DNA from: Polyangiaceae bacterium
GTDB taxonomy: Bacteria > Myxococcota_A > Polyangia > Polyangiales > Polyangiaceae
Direction: 5' to 3'
NCBI GenBank assembly: GCA_965222375.1
Contig: CBDCTZ010000016.1
Span: 3,200,001 to 3,264,000, forward strand
DNA: 64,000 nt
Part shown: piece after piece, positions 10,126-17,880 of the stretch
Layout of the letters: each line of letters opens with the position of its first letter
How positions within the stretch are numbered: the stretch's first letter is position 1
The notes under the pieces: model-generated
Told to the model about the DNA's origin: nothing
What the model saw: the letters and a program-made list of their open reading frames with translations, nothing else
Database searches by the model: none
Program-made: the position numbers and the translations under genes

Positions 10126-10548
10126 ATGTACAGCCTCGAAGATCTGAGCTACCCTCAGACGGTGCCGTTTCGCTACGAACCGGACGAGAATCCAAAGCAA
10201 AAACACCGCTGGAAGAAGAACGAGCCAGGGTTTCTCGAGATTCGCGGTGTTTTCATTGGGAAGTGCCCAGCGAACCTCTCTTTGGAGGAGGCGGAGACGC
10301 TTCTGAACGCAGGAATCCGTTGGAACAGGCCCCGCACACCAGATCTGGGCTACCCTGACTCTATCTATGTGGTGTACGAAGGCGCGGTTTATCGGGCGAA
10401 GCCAACAATGCCTGGCGAGTCGTATCACGCATTCCCAGAGCTTCCGAAGCGACTGCGAGAGCTGCCCGCGGACCTAAGAGATCGCATACTGGAACGCGCA
10501 CGCGAGCTTGGGTGCGAAACTCAGGTCCGACGCTGGATAAACTCATGA
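10126..10548 (+). CDS. Hypothetical 140-aa protein, possible nuclease toxin
   Basis: ATG start, globular composition, N-terminal KH and late YHAFP motifs; ATGA overlap with the next gene. Confidence 0.7.
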   Translation: MYSLEDLSYPQTVPFRYEPDENPKQKHRWKKNEPGFLEIRGVFIGKCPANLSLEEAETLLNAGIRWNRPRTPDLGYPDSIYVVYEGAVYRAKPTMPGESYHAFPELPKRLRELPADLRDRILERARELGCETQVRRWINS

Positions 10549-11978
10549 CGACGACCTCGACAGAAGCCATCCGATTCGGCAAGGCGGCGCTGCGATTTCA
10601 GCTGGAGTGGACTGGGAGCAGCTCCTCGACGGCTGCCGATGCGACTCGAGGTCGCCTCGCCGTGTGGGTGGGCGAACAGCTCGTTTGGGGCGGCCTGGAA
10701 GCCGGGGAGGCGGTCGGATTCGAATGGACGTGGGTTGAACTTCTTGAGCACCTCGCCAACGCTTGGCCATACCTGGAGTATGAGCAGGCTGACCCAGTGG
10801 GTCTAGATGAGCCACCGCCGCTGCTACGCACCGCCGCCGAGCAGCGTTGGGCCGAACTGCCGAGTCAAGAACGCAGCCGCAAAGAAGAACAGTTGCTGGG
10901 CTTCTTGGACACGCACGATCTTTCCCGCGGTTTGCACGGAGCGTGGCCCGAGCCACTCTGGCTCTTGCGCGAGGGCGACGAGATGCGGCTCTGGTGCGGG
11001 GATGCATATGTTCGTGCGTCCAAGCAGGGGGTTCTCGGGGCCGTGGAGGAACTGGGTGACGCGATTCATGCGCGCCTGGGTCCACTAGCCGATGCTCGGG
11101 CGGAGGCGGTTCGAAAGCAATGGCGCTGCCGTGGCGAAACGACAGCTGCCACGTTCATCGAAGTTGCTACGGGTCTCGACAGCGAAACGATCGAACTTGT
11201 AGCTCAACGCGCCGGGCTGGGGACCAGATGGGAGCTCGAGTCCAACGATGGCTGGGAGGAAAACGAGTTCCTTGCGGTTGCGAGAATGGCCTGGACATCC
11301 GTTGGTCCTGACGACTTGGTTGAAGTCCTTGGGGCCATTCGGACGCTTCCTCACGTATGGACTCAGCAGATTGATGACCTTAGTGAGGAAGTGCGACGAG
11401 AAATCGCGGCATTGGACTCTGCACGGCCCTACGAGCAAGGCTACGCCGTTGCGACATGGCTGCGCCGGAAACGGCAGGTTCCGACGGACGAGACGTTCGA
11501 CGTTGACGCGCTGCTCTCCGATTGGAAGGTTGAGGTAAGAGAGATCAAACTCAACGCACGGACGATAGACGCGATCTCGTGCTGGGGACGGGGCCCCGGG
11601 CCCGGCATCATCTTGAACCGGCGCGGAATACACACACGTTTCGGTGCGCGACGCGCCACGTTGGCGCATGAAATCGCGCATCTACTGCTTGATCGACAGG
11701 GCGCACTGCCGGTCGCCGAAGTGCTTGGAGGCCGTGTGTCCGAAGAAATCGAGGCGCGTGCTCGCGCGTTCGCGGCGGAGTTGCTACTCCCCGCGGAGGC
11801 TGCGGCGCGGGAGGTCGCCCGCACGTCGGAAATCAAATCGGTCGTATCGAATCTCGTCGAGCGCTTTCGTGTGAGCCAGGCCCTCACCGCTTGGCAAGTC
11901 AGGAATTCCGGTGCTCGCATCACCGCCAACGAACGAGCGTACTTGCGTTCGCTTGTTTCCGCGCCGTCCTTGTTCTGA
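10545..11978 (+). CDS. ImmA/IrrE family metallo-endopeptidase with a long N-terminal extension
   Basis: RRATLAHEIAHLLLD (HExxH) followed by EARARAFAAELLLP. Confidence 0.92.
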   Translation: MTTTSTEAIRFGKAALRFQLEWTGSSSSTAADATRGRLAVWVGEQLVWGGLEAGEAVGFEWTWVELLEHLANAWPYLEYEQADPVGLDEPPPLLRTAAEQRWAELPSQERSRKEEQLLGFLDTHDLSRGLHGAWPEPLWLLREGDEMRLWCGDAYVRASKQGVLGAVEELGDAIHARLGPLADARAEAVRKQWRCRGETTAATFIEVATGLDSETIELVAQRAGLGTRWELESNDGWEENEFLAVARMAWTSVGPDDLVEVLGAIRTLPHVWTQQIDDLSEEVRREIAALDSARPYEQGYAVATWLRRKRQVPTDETFDVDALLSDWKVEVREIKLNARTIDAISCWGRGPGPGIILNRRGIHTRFGARRATLAHEIAHLLLDRQGALPVAEVLGGRVSEEIEARARAFAAELLLPAEAAAREVARTSEIKSVVSNLVERFRVSQALTAWQVRNSGARITANERAYLRSLVSAPSLF

Positions 11979-12146
11979 CGTTGCCGCGGAAACCGAGTAC
12001 GTCCCATCCACCCTGGCTTGTCATTTTGGCGTGATAACCGGGGACGAAACCGAGGGTCTCATCGACGACCTGCGCATTTTCGACGAGCCTCAGTAGCGCC
12101 CAGCTTCCCAGTAGCGTGGCGCGGAGCTCCCAAGTAGGCTGCGGCC

Positions 12147-14468
12147 GTGCGCGCCGCGTCGTTGGCCCTGTTTTGCTGTGTTCTGAGCTGGGCCGTGAGT
12201 GGAGCGGCCCAGCCTGCGCCTGAGCCGCCCGCAGACACGGCGCCCAAGGCCCAGCCGAAAACCGCGCCAAAAGTCACTCGGCCCGAGCCCGAATCCGTCG
12301 AGGTGTTCTACCCGCCAGGCGGAAAAGGAGACGCCGTCGTGGTGCTCGAAATGGTGGTGGACGAAACGGGCCAGGTCACCGGCGTCAAAGCCGTGGTCGG
12401 TGAGCCGCCCTTTTCCACCGCCGCCATCACCGCTTCGAGGAACTTCCGCTTCAAACCCGCCACCCGGGGCGGCAAGCCGATTGCGGCTAAAATCCGCTAC
12501 GAGGTCAAGTTCACCGAGCCGCCGCCCCCGGAGCCCGAGCCCGAGCCCAAAACCCCGCCCAGCGAGCCGCCACCCACCGGCGAGCCGCCTGCGCCACCTA
12601 CGCCGCCACCGCCACCAGGCCCCATCGAAGTCACCATCGAAGGCGAGAAGAAGCCGCCCTCGGTGACGACCTTCACCCGCGCCGAAGTGCGCGAGCTGCC
12701 CGGTGCCTTTGGCGATCCCTTCCGCGCTATCGAAGCCATGCCCGGGGTCACGCCGATCATCAGCGGTCTGCCCTACTTCTTCGTTCGCGGCGCGCCTCCG
12801 GGCAACATCGGTTACTTCCTCGACGGCATTCGTGTGCCGCTGCTCTACCACGTGGCTCTGGGACCCAGCGTCGTCCATCCTGGCATCGTCGAGCGCGTCG
12901 ACTTGTACTCCGGTGGCTACCCCGCGCGCTATGGACGCTTTGCTGGCGGCATCGTCGCGGGCGAAACCACTCCGCCCAAACCCGAGTTTCACGGCGAAGC
13001 CAATGTGCGTCTGCTCGATGCCGGCGCGTTGGTGGAAGCACCGGTCTTCGACGGCCGTGGAACCGTGCTCGTCGGCGGTCGCTACAGCTACACCGCGCTG
13101 CTGCTCACTCTTGCGGCGCCGGAAACCATCTTGCAGTACTGGGACTACCAACTGCGTGCCAGCTACGACGTCGGCCCCAAGGATCAACTGAGTGTGTTTT
13201 CCTTTGGTGCCTTCGACTTCATCGGTGAAAAACGAGAGGAAGGCACCCGTGTGTTGTTCTCGACGGAGTTTCATCGCGTCGACCTGCGTTGGGACCATCG
13301 CGCGTCGGCGCGCACCAACGTTCGCCTGGCGACGACCCTGGGCTTGGAGCTGACCCGCGGCGACGAGGACGACTTCTTTCTGCGCGACCGCTCCGTCTCC
13401 GTACGCACGGAAATTGCCCACAAAGCCCACAAAAACGTGAAACTCAAGCTCGGCGCGGACATGTCCACGGACACCTTCGACGTCAATTCCCCGGATCTGG
13501 TTGACGAAGAAGATCCAGCCCAAGCCGCCGAAGACCAGAAGGACTTCGAAGACGCGTTCCCGCTTAGGACCGACATAGCCACCGGCGTGTGGGGCGAGGT
13601 CGCCTTCAAGCCAGAGCCCTGGCTCACGATCACACCCGGGCTTCGCGTGGACGTCTACGTCTCCGATGGAGCCTCCGCGGTGGGCATCGATCCGCGTATC
13701 TCCGCCCGCTACGAACTGAACGACAAGTGGCGCTTGCTACACGCCTTCGGAATAGCGCACCAGCCGCCGAGCTTCGTCATTCCCATTCCCGGATTTCAGA
13801 TTTCGAACCTCGACACTGGGCTGCAACGGGCCGCGCAACACAGTGCCGGCGTCGAAGCGGATCTGCCCGAAGAGTTCAGTGCGGGGGTCACGTTATTTCA
13901 AAACGCGTTCTTCCGAATGACCGACGTGCTCGGAACCATCAAAGACGACGGCAACGACGAAACCGACGAAGATCCCAAGATCGACGATCGCAGCTTGGGA
14001 CACAGCTACGGCGTGGAAGTCTTCGTGCGTCGCTCCCTTGCCAAAAAGCTCGGCGGGTTCTTGTCGTACACCTTGTCGCGCTCCACCCGCAGCATCGGGC
14101 GCGAACACTTCCCGTCATCTTTCGATCGTACCCACGTGCTCAACTTGGCAGCGGCCTACGACTTGGGCCGGCGTTGGCGCGCGGGCGCACGCTTGGTTTT
14201 CTACACGGGCTTCCCCAACCAGGGCGATCGCAACCCGATCGGGCGGGTGGAGCGTCCGGATCGCATTCCATCCTTCTATCGAGTCGACGCTCGCCTCGAG
14301 AAGCGCTGGCGTCTGGGCAAGAAGGGCTACTGGGCTTTCGTGATCGAGTGGCTCAACGCCACGATCCAAAAAGAGACCGTCAGCGTCGATTGCAGCTCCG
14401 GTCGTTGCATCCCGGAGGAGATCGGCCCCGTGACCATCCCGAGCATCGGCCTAGAAGCCTTCTTCTAG
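12147..14468 (+). CDS. TonB-dependent receptor with an N-terminal TonB C-terminal domain
   Basis: Signal peptide; VVLEMVVDETG...FRFKPA; plug motifs PGAFGDPFRAI and GGYPARYG; terminal Phe. Confidence 0.92.
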   Translation: MRAASLALFCCVLSWAVSGAAQPAPEPPADTAPKAQPKTAPKVTRPEPESVEVFYPPGGKGDAVVVLEMVVDETGQVTGVKAVVGEPPFSTAAITASRNFRFKPATRGGKPIAAKIRYEVKFTEPPPPEPEPEPKTPPSEPPPTGEPPAPPTPPPPPGPIEVTIEGEKKPPSVTTFTRAEVRELPGAFGDPFRAIEAMPGVTPIISGLPYFFVRGAPPGNIGYFLDGIRVPLLYHVALGPSVVHPGIVERVDLYSGGYPARYGRFAGGIVAGETTPPKPEFHGEANVRLLDAGALVEAPVFDGRGTVLVGGRYSYTALLLTLAAPETILQYWDYQLRASYDVGPKDQLSVFSFGAFDFIGEKREEGTRVLFSTEFHRVDLRWDHRASARTNVRLATTLGLELTRGDEDDFFLRDRSVSVRTEIAHKAHKNVKLKLGADMSTDTFDVNSPDLVDEEDPAQAAEDQKDFEDAFPLRTDIATGVWGEVAFKPEPWLTITPGLRVDVYVSDGASAVGIDPRISARYELNDKWRLLHAFGIAHQPPSFVIPIPGFQISNLDTGLQRAAQHSAGVEADLPEEFSAGVTLFQNAFFRMTDVLGTIKDDGNDETDEDPKIDDRSLGHSYGVEVFVRRSLAKKLGGFLSYTLSRSTRSIGREHFPSSFDRTHVLNLAAAYDLGRRWRAGARLVFYTGFPNQGDRNPIGRVERPDRIPSFYRVDARLEKRWRLGKKGYWAFVIEWLNATIQKETVSVDCSSGRCIPEEIGPVTIPSIGLEAFF

Positions 14469-14626
14469 GGGATTTGGGTCGGCGCGCAGTTTGTGGCTCC
14501 CTGTAGGCTCAATTCGGGCCAAATCTCGCCAAATTCGGCCCGATTCGTGCCAACCGTGCCAGCCTCGTTTTCCCCCGAAGGTGGCTGCGCGTGTCCAAAG
14601 CCACCTCAAATCGAGGCCCGAGCCCC

Positions 14627-15023
14627 TAGTCGCCTCACCAACTTACCCTCGGGCAGTCCCGATCCAGCAAGAACGCGCCGAAATCGGCCGTTTTCGTCTG
14701 ACGCGCAAGGTTAGTCGATCGACTAATCTTCGGTCCGGGACGTTAGTCGTTGTTTCGCAGCGGCACCCAGGGGCGCGCTATCTCCCGCGAACGCGATTTC
14801 TCGTCAAACCCCTGACGAAAATGCGTTAGTCGATCGACTAACCGTGTGGATCGCGGTGCTTCCGGGTCGCCACGGGTGTTCGCTGACCCGCAGTCGGTCG
14901 ACTAGCATGGCGAACATTCGGTGTTTCGAGCGTACGCGCTCTGCGGTCGAGCGACCAACCTGTCCGATCCAGGGCTCAGAACGCACCGAGCGTCCAACTC
15001 GGTGGTGCAGCCGAGCGACTAAC
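14627..15023. repeat. Array of palindromic sites, consensus GTTAGTCGATCGACTAAC
   Basis: Perfect palindromes at 14711-14726 and 14825-14842; degenerate or half copies near 14627, 14742, 14891, 14944, 14984 and 15008. Confidence 0.75.
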
Positions 15024-15059
15024 CAGCGAATCTCGCGAAATTGACACAATTTGCGCCTG

Positions 15060-15136
15060 CGGCACACGGGTGGCGCACGCGGCACAGCCGGGAAGTTCGG
15101 CACACCAGGTGGCGCACGCGGCACAGTCGGGAACTT
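15060..15136. repeat. Two tandem copies of about 38-39 bp upstream of the 15168 gene
   Basis: The core ggtggcgcacgcggcacag(c/t)cgggaa occurs twice. Confidence 0.8.
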
Positions 15137-15167
15137 GGGCGCTCCGCTGGGGTCAGTTGAGTTCATC

Positions 15168-16673
15168 ATGACGCTCTGCTCCCGCCGCGTGGCCAGTTCT
15201 GCTCTCTTGCTCTTCACCGCCTGCGCCGGATCGCCCGCGCCCAAGGCGACCGTGGCGGCGGCGCCCTCTGAGGCAGCCCCGAAGCCCGCGCCAACCAAAC
15301 AGATCGCGACGTCTCCGGCGGCATCGACGGCTTCGAAAACCTCGCAAGCCAAAGCGCCTGGGATCGAAGCGCCGGCGATCGTCTCGCCGAAGCCGCCACG
15401 ACAAGCGGCCCTGAGTCACCCCGCAGTCGTGCACAAGGTCGCGCGCATGACTCACAACGGCCAGCTGCGCGCGCGAGCGCGCCGACGCGGCCTCAACGTC
15501 GTCAACGTTGCCTGGGAAGACACGGGCCGCGCGAAGGGCTCCGCTCTCGGGCCCAACATCTCCGACCTCACCCTGCAGGTGAACTACAAGGACGCGCGCG
15601 GTCGTGAGCGCAAGAGCTTGATGCCCGTGTTGCGCTTTCCGAACTTCAGCGACCGCACCGCAGACATCAAGCGCAATCGCTTCTTCGTGCGCAGCGGCAA
15701 CCACAAGAAGTCGAAGTCACTTTCCACGGTGTCGCTGGTGAACGTGCTGCGTAACCTGCGAGGTCACATGAGCCGCCCCTGGGCGCTCAAAGGCAGTGGC
15801 AGCTTGGTAGCGGGCCGAGATACCCACTTCTTGGTATCGGCCCAGGCCGTGTTCTTGCCCGTGCCCAAGAAGGGCAAGGCCGAATTCGTTCCCGTGGTCT
15901 TCAACTATCAGTCCGCGCCCGGTTCCCCCGCGGTGCTCAGCATTCTCGCCACGCGCCAGGGCACGAGTATGAGCATCATCGAAAACCGCGATGACGACGC
16001 GCCGGCCTATGGCAACGGCCAAGAGCTGTACTTCAACAAGGCCGGCAAGCGTGCGCGCTTCACCGCCGAGCGCTTCAAGGAGGTCAAAGCCCGCATCGAC
16101 GCGCAGGGCGGCCCCAAGAATGAAGACGAGCGCAGCGCCATCTCCCGCAGTGCCGACGTGATCTTCTTGATTCAGGTTCCTTTGGTCCACAAGCAGCGGG
16201 GCTTCTTGGGCGGCTTGCCGGCCAGCGGAAATATGTGGGGCTCGGGGATTGGCTCGGCCTATGGCGCCGGCGGGTTGGGGCTCTCGGGTATCGGCGCAGG
16301 TGGCGGCGGCAAAGGCTCTGGCAGCATTGGCCTCGGGTCCGTCGGTACCCTGGGCCACGGCGCTGGCCGCGCGAAGCCCAAGAGCGACATGGACCGCGCG
16401 GTGATCGGCCACGGCGACGTGCTCGGCCTGTTCCACGAGGCCCGTGGCCTGAAGCTACAGCGGGACGCACGCTTTCCGATCCGCATCACCGTGCAGTTCT
16501 ACAAGGCGACCAGCAACGGCGTGGTCAGCGACAAAGATCTCGCCGCGATCGAAAAAAGCATCGGCAGCGTCTACGAACACGCCGACTTCGTCGGTTCCCT
16601 CGTCGTCCCCGAAGGCGATCGCAACCGCCCCACCGAGTGGCAAACCATGCAGAGTCAGTGGTTCCCTTGGTGA
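15168..16673 (+). CDS. Hypothetical lipoprotein with a Gly-rich insert
   Basis: FTAC lipobox; globular region (WEDTGR..GS..GPNISDLTL, VSAQAVFLP); GNMWGSGIGSAYGAGGLGLSG insert. Confidence 0.85.
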   Translation: MTLCSRRVASSALLLFTACAGSPAPKATVAAAPSEAAPKPAPTKQIATSPAASTASKTSQAKAPGIEAPAIVSPKPPRQAALSHPAVVHKVARMTHNGQLRARARRRGLNVVNVAWEDTGRAKGSALGPNISDLTLQVNYKDARGRERKSLMPVLRFPNFSDRTADIKRNRFFVRSGNHKKSKSLSTVSLVNVLRNLRGHMSRPWALKGSGSLVAGRDTHFLVSAQAVFLPVPKKGKAEFVPVVFNYQSAPGSPAVLSILATRQGTSMSIIENRDDDAPAYGNGQELYFNKAGKRARFTAERFKEVKARIDAQGGPKNEDERSAISRSADVIFLIQVPLVHKQRGFLGGLPASGNMWGSGIGSAYGAGGLGLSGIGAGGGGKGSGSIGLGSVGTLGHGAGRAKPKSDMDRAVIGHGDVLGLFHEARGLKLQRDARFPIRITVQFYKATSNGVVSDKDLAAIEKSIGSVYEHADFVGSLVVPEGDRNRPTEWQTMQSQWFPW

Positions 16674-16874
16674 GCGCGCAGGTCGCTAGGGAGCAACCAG
16701 TACCGGAAGCTGTCGCGCCTTGTGGTTCTGCAAGCGAGTCGCTAGGGAGCAACCAGTACCGGAAGCTGTCGCGAGGACGGCATTGCCTGCGGCTGCGACG
16801 TGATGCTGGTCAGATCGACGCGGGCGTGACTCGGGGCATGGGGGTCGCGGCCGCTGAGGCGGTTGGTGGTTTCT
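16611..16874 (+). repeat. 264-bp direct repeat, left copy
   Basis: Matches 20476-20739 at a constant offset of 3865 bp, with 11 mismatches and no gaps. Confidence 0.97.
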
Positions 16875-16961
16875 ACTCTCTCCGACATGGCATTGAGTGG
16901 TGTTCGTTCACCGCTCTCCGGGTCGCAGAGGTGCCTGTCGAGTGGCGCGCATTGTGGCTCT

Positions 16962-17327
16962 TCAGGGTTTGCAGCGCGGCTTAGGCGAGCCATCTGGCAG
17001 CCAGGGCTCGTCTGCACAGTGCTCGAAGCCAGCGCCGGGCTGAGTCAACCAAGAACCAGCCGAGCCGGGTGGCAGGAGGTACGCGCTGGCGTCCGGCTCG
17101 GTTCCGCGGAGGCAGAACTCGTTCAAGATGAACAGCAACTCCGGCCCGCAGCCAAGATGAACCGACTTGTTCTCGACACAGCTTGGCCCGATGGGCGAGC
17201 CGATCACTGGGCGGCACCCGGCTGGACAAACCGCTACGGAGGTTGGGCACGGGCCCGCGTCCGAGTCTTCGGTTGGTGAAACAGCACCCCCGCAGGCCGC
17301 GGACAGCGCGATCAAACCCAAGGCCAA
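16962..17327 (-). CDS. Small Cys-rich lipoprotein (paralog B); start uncertain
   Basis: LALGLIALSAAC lipobox; colinear with 17474-17869. The nearest in-frame TTG was used as start. Confidence 0.75.
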   Translation of the reverse strand: MALGLIALSAACGGAVSPTEDSDAGPCPTSVAVCPAGCRPVIGSPIGPSCVENKSVHLGCGPELLFILNEFCLRGTEPDASAYLLPPGSAGSWLTQPGAGFEHCADEPWLPDGSPKPRCKP

Positions 17328-17473
17328 GTCGGCTCGCCCCCGTGACCCCTGCCGGGACGAACCCTGTTCGTGGGCTCGCGAAGGCTGGTTGACCCGCTGA
17401 ATCCCGTGCCCACTTGGAAAAGTTCCCTTCGTCAAAACTACGCCTGGCGACTGATCTTGTGCACTTGCGCTCC

Positions 17474-17869
17474 TCACGGGTCGCACACGGGCTTGGGCGT
17501 GCCATTGGGCAACATGCGCTCGTCGGCCGTGCACGGCTCAAAGCCACCGTCGGGTTGCGTGAGCCAGGTGCCCCAGCTTCCGGATGGCACGATGTACGCC
17601 CCCGCGTCCGGTGTGGTGCCGCGGACACAGACTTCGTCCATTGTGATGATCGTTTTGGGTGCACAGCCGATAACGCTTCCGCCCTTCTCGATGCACGTCG
17701 GCCGAACAAGCGAAGCGGAAACCACTTGGCAGCTGTCAGGGCAGGTATTCGCAATGGTCGGGCAAGACGGCGAATTCCCAGCGTCGGGCTGCTCGGTTGG
17801 TTCGGAAGAGCTGGCGCAGCCAGCAGTCAGCAGCAGCGTGGTGACTAGTCCGAGCGTTGTAGCGCGCAT
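17474..17869 (-). CDS. Small Cys-rich lipoprotein (paralog A)
   Basis: MRATTLGLVTTLLLTAGC lipoprotein signal; GAGGG RBS; starts 11 bp after the peptidase stop. Confidence 0.85.
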   Translation of the reverse strand: MRATTLGLVTTLLLTAGCASSSEPTEQPDAGNSPSCPTIANTCPDSCQVVSASLVRPTCIEKGGSVIGCAPKTIITMDEVCVRGTTPDAGAYIVPSGSWGTWLTQPDGGFEPCTADERMLPNGTPKPVCDP

Positions 17870-17880
17870 GGCATTGTCCC

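Noticed and set aside
12090..13523. Long antisense or alternate-frame ORFs (also 22584-24116, 31434-32726, 55273-56703, 86-1282)
   Set aside because: Shadow ORFs expected in high-GC DNA, overlapping well-supported genes.
14627..15023. Palindrome array as CRISPR or canonical parS
   Set aside because: Units are short, degenerate and irregularly spaced, and they do not match the TGTTTCACGTGAAACA-type parS.
16682..16773. 36-bp repeat, 20-bp spacer, 36-bp repeat as a mini CRISPR array
   Set aside because: Only two units, the same spacer in both copies, the repeat is coding sequence, and no cas genes are present.
16742..17017. 91-aa ORF starting MQTSP like the radical SAM protein
   Set aside because: The DNA at the two starts differs; the ORF overlaps the lipoprotein gene and only its tail is the duplicated segment.
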